A stretch of 42,240 nucleotides of DNA from Minisyncoccia bacterium (GCA_049997815.1 JBEKVQ010000004.1:1-42240), one strand, 5' to 3'. Shown: positions 17,898 to 27,757, counted from the stretch's first letter. Translations and numbers: made by a program. The notes: a model not told the origin generated them from the sequence alone.

Positions 17898-18078
17898 AGT
17901 AGTTTCAGTAGCTTTGTTGATAACTTCATTGGTGCCATCTTTTGTTTATAGGATTGAATGATTTCGATATTGCCGCCGATGAAAAACTGTTGATAATTTT
18001 TTCTAAACCCAACTCCCTTTATTAAACCCCACCCGTAATTTTTTTCTATCCCTAGGATATACCCAAGCCATCCACCGA
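17897..18078. other. Predicted replication origin (oriC) between dnaA and dnaN
   Basis: Two TTATCAACA boxes (minus strand; 17915-17923, 17988-17996); TAG-TAG-TTT-CAG-TAG trio array at 17897-17911; AT-rich. Confidence 0.75.
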
Positions 18079-19473
18079 TTATGATTTATACAACCTTTCC
18101 TTGATCAGCATTATCTTTTGGTTTAGGCCTGGGTTTTGGCCGATTTCCCGCTTTATCTTCTCACAGGCATGGATGGCTGTCGTGTGGTCACGCTTACCGA
18201 GCTTCTCTCCGATATGTGGGTAGGATACCTTGAGAATGTCCCGCATCAGATACATAGCTATTTGGCGCGGTTCCACCACCTCCTGTTTTCGGCTCCGGTT
18301 CGTCATGTCGGACGTTGGCACCTCGAAGAAATCGGCCACTGACTTTATAATGTCGTTCACGGTTATATTCCTGGGCAGGACCTGAACGGCCTCGCTGATT
18401 ATTTCCTCGAGTTTTTTGTCACTCATTTTTTCGTTCTTATACTGTTGGTAGAAAACTACCTTATTTAATACCCCCTCCAGTTCGCGGATGTTTTTCTGGA
18501 CCCTGGCGGCGATTTGCTCCAATATCTTATCATCGATAAAGACCCCACCTTGGTTGGCCTTTGCCTTCAATATCGCCAGCCTCGTTTCATACTCTGGGTA
18601 GGATATATCCACGATCATTCCCCCCTCGAACCTGGAACGCAGGCGCTCCTCAAGAATGGGTATGGCGGATGGCGGCCGGTCGGAGGAGATGATTATTTGT
18701 TTGCTGTTTTCGTAAAGCGTGTTGAAGGTATAGAAGAATTCCTGCTCCGTTGTTGGTTTTCCTCCAATGAACTGGATGTCGTCGACGATTAAGACATCGA
18801 TATCCCGGTATTTCTTTTTTACGTCGTCCATCCTTCTGTTTCTCACGGCCCAAACGACGTCGTTTATGAATTTCTCGGACGTTGTGTAGAGAACTCTCAC
18901 CGAATTTTTGTAGAGGTTGAGCATCTCGTTTCCCATGGCTTGAATGAGGTGGGTTTTTCCTAAACCTACGCCGCCGTATACAAAAAGAGGATTGTACTTT
19001 TTCCCAACATCCCTAATGACGGCTTGGGCGGCAGCATAGGCCATCTCATTTGATGGTCCTACGACGAATGAACCGAGAACATATCTCGGATTGAGGTTGG
19101 TCTTAGGATCGATTTTGAGCTCGATGAGTGAAGATTGCCCCACCGCCTCCTTCTCCGCCCCGTGTTTTTTAAGAACTACCCGCTCGCCCAGGTTCTGATT
19201 GGTGACGGTGTAGTCTACATTCTTTATCGATCCATCCAAATTTCTTAAGGAACCGAGAATTATCTTGTGATACCGGCTTTTGACCCATTCTTTTGCGAAG
19301 TTGTTGGGTAGACCGACCAAGACGACACCTTCTCTGTCGTTTTTTTCGATGAGTTGGCTGTTCTTCAGCCACGTAAGAAAATTTGGCCGTGAAACCTGTA
19401 GTTCGATTTCTCCCAAAACCGCTTGCCAGAGCTGGCTGGTATCCATTTTTGTTTCCAAGTTCCCGGATTCCAT
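18079..19473 (-). CDS. dnaA: Chromosomal replication initiator DnaA (alternative start at 19446)
   Basis: NPLFVYGGVGLGKTHL, LIVDDIQF, RLRSRFEGG, NIRELEG, RQIAMYL, RDHTT. Confidence 0.98.
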   Translation of the reverse strand: MESGNLETKMDTSQLWQAVLGEIELQVSRPNFLTWLKNSQLIEKNDREGVVLVGLPNNFAKEWVKSRYHKIILGSLRNLDGSIKNVDYTVTNQNLGERVVLKKHGAEKEAVGQSSLIELKIDPKTNLNPRYVLGSFVVGPSNEMAYAAAQAVIRDVGKKYNPLFVYGGVGLGKTHLIQAMGNEMLNLYKNSVRVLYTTSEKFINDVVWAVRNRRMDDVKKKYRDIDVLIVDDIQFIGGKPTTEQEFFYTFNTLYENSKQIIISSDRPPSAIPILEERLRSRFEGGMIVDISYPEYETRLAILKAKANQGGVFIDDKILEQIAARVQKNIRELEGVLNKVVFYQQYKNEKMSDKKLEEIISEAVQVLPRNITVNDIIKSVADFFEVPTSDMTNRSRKQEVVEPRQIAMYLMRDILKVSYPHIGEKLGKRDHTTAIHACEKIKREIGQNPGLNQKIMLIKERLYKS

Positions 19474-19544
19474 AATCTTTGGTTAATAATAGAGAGATTC
19501 CCGAAAAAAGCCAATATGTCCGGAGTGGGTTTTTGTGGCCTACT

Positions 19545-19564
19545 TGTGCATTAACTGTTGATAT
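19545..19564. promoter_or_regulatory. Degenerate DnaA boxes in the dnaA-rpmH intergenic region
   Basis: TAATGCACA (19545-19553) and ATATCAACA (19556-19564) on the minus strand. Confidence 0.5.
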
Positions 19565-19624
19565 CATTTTGAAGCATCATTCTCGGGATTGGACACCAAT
19601 TGTCCGCCATCCTATAATGATTTT

Positions 19625-19759
19625 ATGAAGAGAACGTATCAGCCAAAGAGAAGGAAACGGAGCCGTACTCACGGTTTTTTGAAGCGTAGCCGAACACCCG
19701 GGGGGAGAAACGTTCTCCGTCGTCGAAGACAAAGGGGCAGGAAGAAATTGTCCGTTTGA
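19625..19759 (+). CDS. rpmH: 50S ribosomal protein L34 (too short for the ORF track)
   Basis: [44 protein letters not shown]; promoter TGGACA-17-TATAAT 6 nt before the ATG. Confidence 0.97.
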   Translation: MKRTYQPKRRKRSRTHGFLKRSRTPGGRNVLRRRRQRGRKKLSV

Positions 19760-20025
19760 ACGGGAATCTGATAATAAAGACCGGGCCATCCAGACAAGGC
19801 GGGAAGGCAGTCTCGGTGCTGGTCGGTAAAAACGTCTTTGGCTCAGCGGTTAAGCGCAACCTGCTAAAACGACGGATAAGGGCTATTCTCACCCCCCTCG
19901 TAAGGGGAACCGGCTCTAAATTTATCATCATCGCCAAGCCGTCCTCCGCGAGCGCCAGTTTTAAGGAGATTAAGGAAGAAATCCTGAACCAAATCGGAAA
20001 AATCAAAAATGACAGCACTCTTTAA
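19756..20025 (+). CDS. rnpA: RNase P protein component, short form (TTG start overlapping the rpmH stop)
   Basis: [15 protein letters not shown] motif; rpmH-rnpA-yidC synteny. Confidence 0.85.
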   Translation: MNGNLIIKTGPSRQGGKAVSVLVGKNVFGSAVKRNLLKRRIRAILTPLVRGTGSKFIIIAKPSSASASFKEIKEEILNQIGKIKNDSTL

Positions 20026-20698
20026 TGCCTACATTTATCAGCCTATCCTATGGCTTCTTATTTTTATTTATCAAAACCTCTCTTTCGGCGACCTGGGGCT
20101 AGCGATAATAATGTTGACAGTCCTCGTGAGGGTCGTTCTTTTGCCCATATTTTATAAAGGAGCGAGGGATCAGACCATTATCCAGAAAATTCAGCCCCAC
20201 GTGAAGAAAATACAGCTGGACCACAAGGACGACAAAGAAAGACAGGCCAAGGAGCTGATGGAGCTTTACAAGAAACATCGCGTAAACCCGTTCTCAAGCA
20301 TTCTGTTTCTCATCATCCAGCTTCCCATCTTTATTGCGCTCTTCCGGGTCTTCACGAAGGAGGTTGGTTCCTCGGTCTTTTTAAGTCACACTCTATTTGG
20401 TCTCTTGGATCTGAGCGGAAGAAGCGTGATTCTGGCCGTTGTGGCGGCGGCCATCCAGTATTTCCAGACAAGAATGATGCTCGCCTCAAAACCGGATGAC
20501 GGTTCCCGGAAGAAAGACATGATCGCCGGGAACCAGAAAATGATGATGTATCTAGGCCCGGCTCTGACACTCATCGTTCTTTTCAATCTTCCTTCCGCTA
20601 TCGGGCTCTACTGGACGGTCTCTAATGTTTTTTCGGTCGGTCAGCAATTCTTCATAAACAAGAAGATACCATCTCCGGAAGAAAAAGCCGGGAGCTGA
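20009..20698 (+). CDS. yidC: Membrane protein insertase YidC/Oxa1
   Basis: GLAIIMLTVLVR, IQPHVKKIQ, VNPFSSIL, IQLPIF, LPSAIGLYWTVSN. Confidence 0.95.
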   Translation: MTALFNAYIYQPILWLLIFIYQNLSFGDLGLAIIMLTVLVRVVLLPIFYKGARDQTIIQKIQPHVKKIQLDHKDDKERQAKELMELYKKHRVNPFSSILFLIIQLPIFIALFRVFTKEVGSSVFLSHTLFGLLDLSGRSVILAVVAAAIQYFQTRMMLASKPDDGSRKKDMIAGNQKMMMYLGPALTLIVLFNLPSAIGLYWTVSNVFSVGQQFFINKKIPSPEEKAGS

Positions 20699-20705
20699 AC
20701 CGGTA

Positions 20706-20753
20706 TCGGAGAAGTCCGTTCTTTCTAAGGTTCCGGACACCTCCGGTTTTTTT
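20706..20753 (+). terminator. Probable terminator after yidC
   Basis: CGGAG/CTCCG plus GTCCG/CGGAC interrupted stem, then T7. Confidence 0.55.
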
Positions 20754-20832
20754 ATTTCCGCTAACCGACCCTAATCGCATTTCGGCCGCGGGGGTTGAAA
20801 AAAGCCCCCGGGCGGTATAGAATCTCACAGTT

Positions 20833-21264
20833 ATGGAATTGAAAGAAAAAATCCAAAACTTCTTCAAGTTGATGGGCTTCCCGGAGGCCGAGATAACCAT
20901 CCAGGACGAGCACCATAAGGTTCTGGCCATAGTGGACGACGAGCTGATCCGATCGAACGTCGCAACGGTCCTTCCGGCCATTGAACACCTAGTCAACCTA
21001 ATGGTCCATCGGGATAATCTACCGGCGTATGTTCTGGACCTGAACTACTATCGGAGGGAACGAGAACGTCTAATTGTTGAACTCGCCAAGGCGGCGGCGA
21101 AGAAGGCAATGATAACGAAAGCCGAGGTTTCCCTCCCGGCTATGAATGCCTATGAAAGGCGCTTGGTTCACGTGGAAATTTCCACTCACCCGGACCTAAA
21201 AACCGAGAGCGTGGGTGCCGGCAAGGACCGCCACATCATCATTCAATTGATACCAAGTTCTTAA
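20833..21264 (+). CDS. jag: Jag/EloR-like R3H RNA-binding protein lacking the Jag_N domain
   Basis: LDLNYYR, LPAMNAYERRLVH R3H motif; follows yidC; promoter TTGAAA-17-TAGAAT at 20795-20823. Confidence 0.85.
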   Translation: MELKEKIQNFFKLMGFPEAEITIQDEHHKVLAIVDDELIRSNVATVLPAIEHLVNLMVHRDNLPAYVLDLNYYRRERERLIVELAKAAAKKAMITKAEVSLPAMNAYERRLVHVEISTHPDLKTESVGAGKDRHIIIQLIPSS

Positions 21265-21270
21265 GTTAAT

Positions 21271-21298
21271 AAAAACCGCTGCTTGAGCAGCGGTTTTT
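21271..21298. terminator. Bidirectional terminator between jag and the T4SS-like operon
   Basis: AAAAACCGCTGC-TTGA-GCAGCGGTTTTT. Confidence 0.9.
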
Positions 21299-21301
21299 AG
21301 T

Positions 21302-22492
21302 TTAATCGTTTCCCGGACCGGTATTTGGGGTGCCGCTTTCCGAACCAAAGTTCAGGACGTAGAGGGAATTGTCATACCGATTCACGAAGTAGAGATTTCC
21401 GCCCTGCGTAATGGGATCTTCGGCATCTATCGGGCCACTGACCCCGTTTTGGGGCATGGCGACCGGTGTTATTTCGTCTGTCCCCAAATCAATCTTAAAG
21501 AGTGAGTCCGAAGTGAAGAGTTTTCCCTCAAGATAGTCGTCTGGTAGGGTTGCGTTCTTGAAGCTGTCTCCTTGGGGAACGAAACAGTAGATGATTACCG
21601 AGTCGGGTGAACACTTGGATGGCAGGGTAGAAAATGGAACCGGTGATAGCGCACTAAGTGTTTTGGCGTCCAGAATCCGGAAGCCACCGCTATTCGAGAA
21701 AACAAATATGGTGGCTTTGTCTTGCGAAAGCCCCATTATTAGCCCGTTTTCCGGAGAGAACAGCGGATGAATCGAGGAGTCCTTTATATTCAGATCCCAG
21801 ATCCGACCTGAATAGTTTGCAGCCGGTTTCTCCTCAATTAAGAGATTATTAGGAGGAGAAAAATCAAGATTTATATCCTGAAAGCGTAGGTCTTTCGCAA
21901 TTATCTTAACCGATGGCTGACTCTGGGAAATATTTATGGTTGACAGATTCACATTGCTCCCGTTCTTCATGAACCCAATCAGGGTATCGGCGTTCCCACC
22001 CCAAGTGGCATTCACGATCCCGTCGGGCATGGGACGCCAGGTTTTATCTATAACATCGAAAACCCCCCACTGAGGAAGGCGAGGGTCGCCGAAAGCGGCG
22101 AGCACCCGCTGGCCATTAGGAGAGAGTCGGATGAAATTTGGGGCGTTGAGTTTTTGTTGGGTAACCTGGAGGTCCTGGCCGTTCTTAGCTGAAAAAACCT
22201 GGCCGTCTTGGTTCAAATAGTAGATCTCCTGCGTTTGGGGATCTATCCAGAAATCGAAGACGGAGTTCTCCGATATCTTGGTCAAGCTCGCAGCCGCCTG
22301 ATTTGGGGTTGTCCCATTTTGGGATTGCTCGCCTCCGCTCGAGGGTGGTGCGATAGGAAGAGTCGATGTGGTGGTTGGAATACTCGGGATTTCGGGCGCC
22401 GGACCAGCCAGGGCCGACCAAACGAAGTATATTATCAATCCGACAACGACGATTATAAGAGCGACCAAACCGATTTTTATGTAGGATTTCAT
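21302..22492 (-). CDS. Membrane-anchored extracellular protein, probable beta-propeller
   Basis: N-terminal TM helix, P/T/S-rich linker, LSPNGQRV-type blade motifs, one Cys pair. Confidence 0.7.
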   Translation of the reverse strand: MKSYIKIGLVALIIVVVGLIIYFVWSALAGPAPEIPSIPTTTSTLPIAPPSSGGEQSQNGTTPNQAAASLTKISENSVFDFWIDPQTQEIYYLNQDGQVFSAKNGQDLQVTQQKLNAPNFIRLSPNGQRVLAAFGDPRLPQWGVFDVIDKTWRPMPDGIVNATWGGNADTLIGFMKNGSNVNLSTINISQSQPSVKIIAKDLRFQDINLDFSPPNNLLIEEKPAANYSGRIWDLNIKDSSIHPLFSPENGLIMGLSQDKATIFVFSNSGGFRILDAKTLSALSPVPFSTLPSKCSPDSVIIYCFVPQGDSFKNATLPDDYLEGKLFTSDSLFKIDLGTDEITPVAMPQNGVSGPIDAEDPITQGGNLYFVNRYDNSLYVLNFGSESGTPNTGPGND

Positions 22493-22493
22493 T

Positions 22494-23807
22494 TTAGTTT
22501 GCGTCGCAACTTGGCGCGTTTACGTGGACGTGAGTCGCCTGCGGAGCCGAACAGTCAATAGTCGTCGCCGGAGAGTCGGTTTCGCATCTGGCGCTTTTGG
22601 CTCCGCAAGCCAAAGAGGCGTCCAATATCCTTTGCAAGACTTCGGCGGAAACCAGTCCGCCGCCGGTAAATTGCAATCGTCCGTAGTCGGCGGCCTCGGC
22701 GCCGTTTGTTCCGGTTCGCCCGCCATAATGGCAAGAATTGACGGCGTGGCTGCAAACGGTGTTCTGGGGATCCGAGGTGGGATTACCTCTGGTCTGATTG
22801 CAGAGAGGATGGGACTGGTCGATTGTGGATACTATTGCGTGGGCCGCCTCGGGGACCTTGGTGCCTATGCAACTAATGAGCGCGGTCAGGTCCGGAGCGT
22901 TTACCGCCGGATACTTCTCGTTGTACTTTGCGGCACAGGTTTGCGGATCGGAACATTCCGCCGTATTCTGGGCAACCGTGTTTTGCGGTTTCGGAGCGCA
23001 CAAGCTGAGAGTATCTTGTAGTTTAATCATGTAGGTGCTGGAACTGCTAGGACTATGGAAGGCATAGATAAGGCAGTCCTTTCCGCCACTGGCTCCGAGC
23101 CTGGTTGCATAGTAGGGATATTGCCACACCTTTGACCCGGGGGCGATTGAAACGGTTTCGTCATAATCTTGGTTTGAATTGACGATAATTGGGCTCGGTC
23201 CGGGTGCGAAAAACACCCGGTCGGAGCATGTTTCATCAACGCCGTTCACGGTTGTTCTGGGGTTGGTTGGAATAGATTTAAAATCACCGCAGTCATTGTT
23301 CACCTTTACTGATTCACCGGACAGACTGGAGGTTGTTGTCAGTTTTTGTACCGGTTGCCCGTTAATGTCGGTGAGACCCGAACCCGGGTTGGTTAGCTGT
23401 GGACTCAGGCTGACTATCTGGGGGTTTATGGTCCTTAGGATGAGATACGAGGCGAAGAGAAGGATCAATCCCCAAATAGCCGAAGTAATCATGCTTTTTG
23501 CCTCTCTCTGTTTGTCGCTGCTTCCGGCCGACACGGTGTAATAAACTCCCCCGGCCACTATCATCGCGACCGCCAAGGCGCCCGCAATACCCACCGCGAA
23601 TTTGTAAAGATTATTGAGATAACTGGGTATGTCCGTAGATGGTTGGCAGGCTCCCAGTTGCGAGCCGCTCGGGCACGGGAACGCCACATTCACAATGGTG
23701 CTGGTGGATGTGTTTGTTACCTGCGCCGAGACAACCTGCGTTATGGCAGGAAAAGCCAAGAGGCAAGCGACGAAAGACAGGGCGGCTATTTTTCCAAGAT
23801 GTCTCAT
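22494..23807 (-). CDS. T4SS pilin (TrbC/VirB2-like two-TM hairpin) fused to Cys-rich and M15-like peptidase domains
   Basis: YKFAVGIAGALAVAMIVAGGVYYTVSAG...EAKSMITSAIWGLILLFASYLILRTINP; C-terminal SCHYGG...EAAD and HVH. Confidence 0.75.
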   Translation of the reverse strand: MRHLGKIAALSFVACLLAFPAITQVVSAQVTNTSTSTIVNVAFPCPSGSQLGACQPSTDIPSYLNNLYKFAVGIAGALAVAMIVAGGVYYTVSAGSSDKQREAKSMITSAIWGLILLFASYLILRTINPQIVSLSPQLTNPGSGLTDINGQPVQKLTTTSSLSGESVKVNNDCGDFKSIPTNPRTTVNGVDETCSDRVFFAPGPSPIIVNSNQDYDETVSIAPGSKVWQYPYYATRLGASGGKDCLIYAFHSPSSSSTYMIKLQDTLSLCAPKPQNTVAQNTAECSDPQTCAAKYNEKYPAVNAPDLTALISCIGTKVPEAAHAIVSTIDQSHPLCNQTRGNPTSDPQNTVCSHAVNSCHYGGRTGTNGAEAADYGRLQFTGGGLVSAEVLQRILDASLACGAKSARCETDSPATTIDCSAPQATHVHVNAPSCDAN

Positions 23808-24502
23808 TGGGTTATAGAAAGATTAATGAACCCCCTGTTGAATTCGTAGGGATTGTTGGAATTTTGGGCGGTGACCGCAACGGGAATCGAATTCTGATAG
23901 ATTGATTGGGGGGTCCCCACGCTTATCGAAACCTGATTATCCTGATTGGCGGTCTGCTGATCGTTTATGAGCCAGGTGAATTTGAGGTCACTAAGAGAAT
24001 TCACGTTAAAGAAGAACGGTATGGCCACAAGATCGATTTGACTCCCCGCCCGCACTGTTTTATCCGGGGATGGGAAAGATATTACTACGGTCGGCTGGGA
24101 GATCGGAATCTGAATCGAGTTCTCGAACGGGGCGTTCCCCACGTTCACTGAGACGCGAAGGTTCTGATAGCCGCCCTGCTGTTGTTTGGCGGAGAAAGAG
24201 ATCGTTTTCATCCCCGTGCCGTTACCGACCAATTCGTTATCCACATACCAGCGGATGTCGGCTCCGGTCAAATCCGCCAGTTTGTTGTTCTGATATGTCT
24301 CTACTGAAGCCATCACCAATGTGCCGGGTGTTACCGCTGCCTTGCCGGTGTAGCTCGCGGGGAAATAGTTGTTCGCCTGCCAGGTTATGATGACGGGATT
24401 TGTAGTTTGGCCGATTACGACGAATGGGAATAAGAATAAGGCCCCAAGGAGCGTTCCCAGAGAGATTAACCCGGAGAGAAATTTTATTTTTTCACTCGTC
24501 AT
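23804..24502 (-). CDS. Hypothetical exported Ig-like beta protein in the T4SS-like operon
   Basis: Signal/TM segment, WYVD and FTWLIN beta motifs; tight operon spacing. Confidence 0.75.
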   Translation of the reverse strand: MTSEKIKFLSGLISLGTLLGALFLFPFVVIGQTTNPVIITWQANNYFPASYTGKAAVTPGTLVMASVETYQNNKLADLTGADIRWYVDNELVGNGTGMKTISFSAKQQQGGYQNLRVSVNVGNAPFENSIQIPISQPTVVISFPSPDKTVRAGSQIDLVAIPFFFNVNSLSDLKFTWLINDQQTANQDNQVSISVGTPQSIYQNSIPVAVTAQNSNNPYEFNRGFINLSITQ

Positions 24503-24504
24503 TT

Positions 24505-24849
24505 TTATATTTTACTTGCTATGCTGGCCACCTTGCCGACCGCGCCGATAAGATTTTGGTGGTTATGAATCACGGTCTTAATGATAAAGGATGCGACGAT
24601 TGCCGGGAGGAACGGAATTAGGTTTGAGGCGTACATGGCGAAATTAGCGCCAAACCTGCTGGAATGAGGGTCGCCGTGATTCTTGAAGAACCACCACATT
24701 CCGAATGTGAAGAAGCTCTCTATTATGGGGGAGACCACCAAACCGATTCCGACAGCGTCTAAAAGAGCGCATAGGAACCACACAAGAAGGGAAAATCCTA
24801 CCCCGATTGCGATTTCCACCTCATCTATCTTTTTGAAGTTCTCACCCAT
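24505..24849 (-). CDS. Small integral membrane protein in the T4SS-like operon
   Basis: Three hydrophobic segments; overlaps the VirB4 stop by 8 nt. Confidence 0.75.
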   Translation of the reverse strand: MGENFKKIDEVEIAIGVGFSLLVWFLCALLDAVGIGLVVSPIIESFFTFGMWWFFKNHGDPHSSRFGANFAMYASNLIPFLPAIVASFIIKTVIHNHQNLIGAVGKVASIASKI

Positions 24850-26602
24850 TTTTTTCTTTTAACCCCTTTATCTCGAGCATTTGTTCCGGATTTGTGGTGA
24901 TGATCTGGTCCTCGGTATATGAAGCGATGATTTTGATCGCGATGTGTTTGAGACCCGCAAAGAATAGGCCTTCCCCGACCCCGGACTCCAAAAGAAAGGT
25001 CTTCTCCCCTTCGGTGAGATCGAAGGCCTTCGCGACCGACTCGATCGAGGTTGGGGACTGCTTCAGGAGAAGTTGGATGGATGAATTCGTGATTATCGGT
25101 TTTCCGTACTCCGACTTCAGGAAGTCGTCCACATCTTGAGTGATGGTCGTAACGCCCAGATAATATTTACGGCATCTCTTGACCAGTCCGAAAAGGAAAG
25201 AGGCGCTGTCCCTGTATTTCATCATCCACCAGGCCTCGTCTATTATCATAAGCCTCTGTTTCAATTCCGAACGGATAAGACTCCAGACGAAGTTCAGGAC
25301 GATGTACATCGCAATGGGTCGCAACTCTTCCTCCAGGTCGCGGATGGAAAAAACTATCAAACGGTTCTTAATGTCCACGTTCGTCGGGGCATTCGTGAAA
25401 CCCGCATAGGAGCCATGGGTGAACTTGTCCAAACGCTGGGCGAGCGTTGTTCCGCCCTCGGTGTTCTGGAGCACGGTCTGCAGATCTTCGAGGAGCGGCG
25501 GCCTGAGTTCTTTGAGGGAGCCGAAGTTCTCGGCGGTTATGTCTCGCGAGGCGTAGGTCTCGGTAATGGCGCGGTCCAGAAGCGACTCCTCTTCCGGTTT
25601 TATCTCCCCGAGCATGAGTTTCACGAGGCCGGTAAGGTTAAGAATATGTGATTTGAAGACGTCGGCTGGCTCCTCTCCCTCCGGAATTATCGGGATATCG
25701 AAGGGGTTCACGTGGCTTTGAGAGGTGAGCGATATTTTGAAGTAACTGCCCCCGATGGCATTCGCCAGGTTTTGGTACTCGTTCTCCGGGTCGATAACGA
25801 TAACGTTCGTGCCCATCATCAAGGAGCGCAGAATTTGGAGTTTGGTGGCGTAGGACTTTCCGGAACCGGCCTTCGCGAAGACCACCATATTGGCATTTTC
25901 GAGCGAGAATCGGTCGAAGATAACCAGGCTGTTATTGTGCATATTCACGCCGTACATTATGCCATTGTCGGACGAGAGGTCGGGGGATATGAACGGGAAG
26001 AGGGAGGAAATTGGGCCGGTATTCAACGGGGTTTTTATTTCCAGTTCGTCCTTGCCGACGGGAAAGACCGAGGTGACGCCCTCTCTTTGTTTGAAAAGGG
26101 CCGGTTTTATGTAGACCAGCTTGCTTTCAAGAAGGTTTATCACCTCGTTTTCAAGCTTAGCCAGCTCCTCCTGGGTCCGACCGTAAAGGGTCAGATAAAC
26201 GCCGGCTTCAAAAAGTTTCTCCCGCGCCTGCTGGAGAGAATCGCGCAGGGATTCCACATCCTGATAGGCGGTTTCGAGAACCGGGTCCCTGACGATACCC
26301 TTTTCCTGTTTCTCGGAAATCTCGGCTTCAATCTGGGCAACTTTTTTCCTCAGGTTTCTTAAGGCAAGGGCGGTATCCATCGGATGGACGAATATCGAGA
26401 TGTCCATCATCTCGGGCAGGTTAATGAGCGGAGAAAACCATCCGGCGGAGAGAAATCGGGGGTAAGTAAAAACGAAGAATGTTTTCAGATAATAGTCCCC
26501 CAACTTCAGATAGTTGCTCGAGACCTCGAGACCGGCGGGCGCGATGACGTTCGGAATGTCCTCCGCTCCGGGTTTATACGCTTTGGGAATCTTGATATCC
26601 AT
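24842..26602 (-). CDS. virB4: VirB4-like secretion/conjugation ATPase
   Basis: FAKAGSGKS Walker A, VIVIDPENEY, VNPFD, MIIDEAW Walker B, RKYYLGVTTITQ. Confidence 0.9.
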   Translation of the reverse strand: MDIKIPKAYKPGAEDIPNVIAPAGLEVSSNYLKLGDYYLKTFFVFTYPRFLSAGWFSPLINLPEMMDISIFVHPMDTALALRNLRKKVAQIEAEISEKQEKGIVRDPVLETAYQDVESLRDSLQQAREKLFEAGVYLTLYGRTQEELAKLENEVINLLESKLVYIKPALFKQREGVTSVFPVGKDELEIKTPLNTGPISSLFPFISPDLSSDNGIMYGVNMHNNSLVIFDRFSLENANMVVFAKAGSGKSYATKLQILRSLMMGTNVIVIDPENEYQNLANAIGGSYFKISLTSQSHVNPFDIPIIPEGEEPADVFKSHILNLTGLVKLMLGEIKPEEESLLDRAITETYASRDITAENFGSLKELRPPLLEDLQTVLQNTEGGTTLAQRLDKFTHGSYAGFTNAPTNVDIKNRLIVFSIRDLEEELRPIAMYIVLNFVWSLIRSELKQRLMIIDEAWWMMKYRDSASFLFGLVKRCRKYYLGVTTITQDVDDFLKSEYGKPIITNSSIQLLLKQSPTSIESVAKAFDLTEGEKTFLLESGVGEGLFFAGLKHIAIKIIASYTEDQIITTNPEQMLEIKGLKEKNG

Positions 26603-27240
26603 TATTGTTTGGCTATGCCCAGTGTCTCTCTCTCGACGAGTTGGGGATTGTACAGGTTGTAGAACAACTCTATCGTTTCCTCGTTCGGCAGCGGCGCCGC
26701 CCGAAGTCCGATTTGGTTTAACCCCTCCGTTACTTGCACCGTTCGGTGCTGGAGTTGCTCCAAGTTCTCCTTTTCGCTCAGCGCTTTTTCGGCGGCTGGT
26801 GGCCCCTTTTTAAACAGTCCCAGAATGCTTTTGGTCGCATCGGGCACCGTTATCGGGTCATAGGGCACGGTTATGAAGAAGCTCTTGCTGATAATGGCAT
26901 TTTGGTCGACGAAAGAGCGGATGAAGTTCACATATTCTTCGATTTGGATCTTCAGAAGTTCGTTCTTTTCCTCCGCCTGCCGTTCGCCCATCTTCGCGAG
27001 GTAGTTATCCACATTCACCTTACGCGAATGGATGAAGAACTGGACCGAGAAATCAAGAGAATTGAGGAAGTTCTGGAAGCCGCCGAGGATCATGTTCTGC
27101 TCGGCCTCGGACTTTAGCTCGAAATTAATGCCGCTCACGATAAGGATCTGGCGCAATCCACCGCCCTTGAGATAGATCACGCCGTCCCTTACTTCCTTTA
27201 TCGGGACGAATTGTTGTGATGGCTGAGGTGTTTCTGGCAT
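26602..27240 (-). CDS. Conserved T4SS-associated protein resembling a split VirB4 N-terminal region
   Basis: INFELKSEAEQ, FQNFLNSLDFSVQF, LYNLYNP; lies between prgI and virB4. Confidence 0.75.
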   Translation of the reverse strand: MPETPQPSQQFVPIKEVRDGVIYLKGGGLRQILIVSGINFELKSEAEQNMILGGFQNFLNSLDFSVQFFIHSRKVNVDNYLAKMGERQAEEKNELLKIQIEEYVNFIRSFVDQNAIISKSFFITVPYDPITVPDATKSILGLFKKGPPAAEKALSEKENLEQLQHRTVQVTEGLNQIGLRAAPLPNEETIELFYNLYNPQLVERETLGIAKQ

Positions 27241-27277
27241 GATTCTTATTTTATCTTAGTTTGCTCGGTTTGACGAT

Positions 27278-27757
27278 TTAATAATCGACTCTCTTGGCCC
27301 TTCCTCTTTCGCCCGTAAGAAAAACGACCGTTTCAAATCTCTCTTCTTTCTCGCCCCCCGCCGTTGGTTTGAAAAACTTTCCGGTAGCGATGCTAAGAGT
27401 AATCGATTTCAATTTTTCCTGCAGGCTCATCTTGTTCCTTAGGTTTTCTATTTCGTCCAGCTTTATGGATTCCTGAAGTGCCTGCCTCTGCCAGGTGTAT
27501 ATCTTGGGCCCCCAGAGATAGCCGAAGATCGCTGCGATCGTCTTGGGGAATTCCTGTCCGTTTATCTTTACGAACGCGAAGGCGATGCCGAGCGCGCCGG
27601 CGATCAAGGTTACGAGGACCGCCAAGAGAATATTGAAGATTCTGAAGGATATATAGGCCACGAGCGCTGCGCCGGCGACGTAGAAGAACTGGTATAGGGT
27701 CAGGAAGCCGACTATCTTCGGTTTTTGCTCTATGAATTGGGGGACCTGGAATTCCAT
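27278..27757 (-). CDS. prgI: PrgI family membrane protein
   Basis: FQVPQFIEQKPKIVGFLTLYQF then two TM helices and KINGQ. Confidence 0.85.
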   Translation of the reverse strand: MEFQVPQFIEQKPKIVGFLTLYQFFYVAGAALVAYISFRIFNILLAVLVTLIAGALGIAFAFVKINGQEFPKTIAAIFGYLWGPKIYTWQRQALQESIKLDEIENLRNKMSLQEKLKSITLSIATGKFFKPTAGGEKEERFETVVFLTGERGRAKRVDY

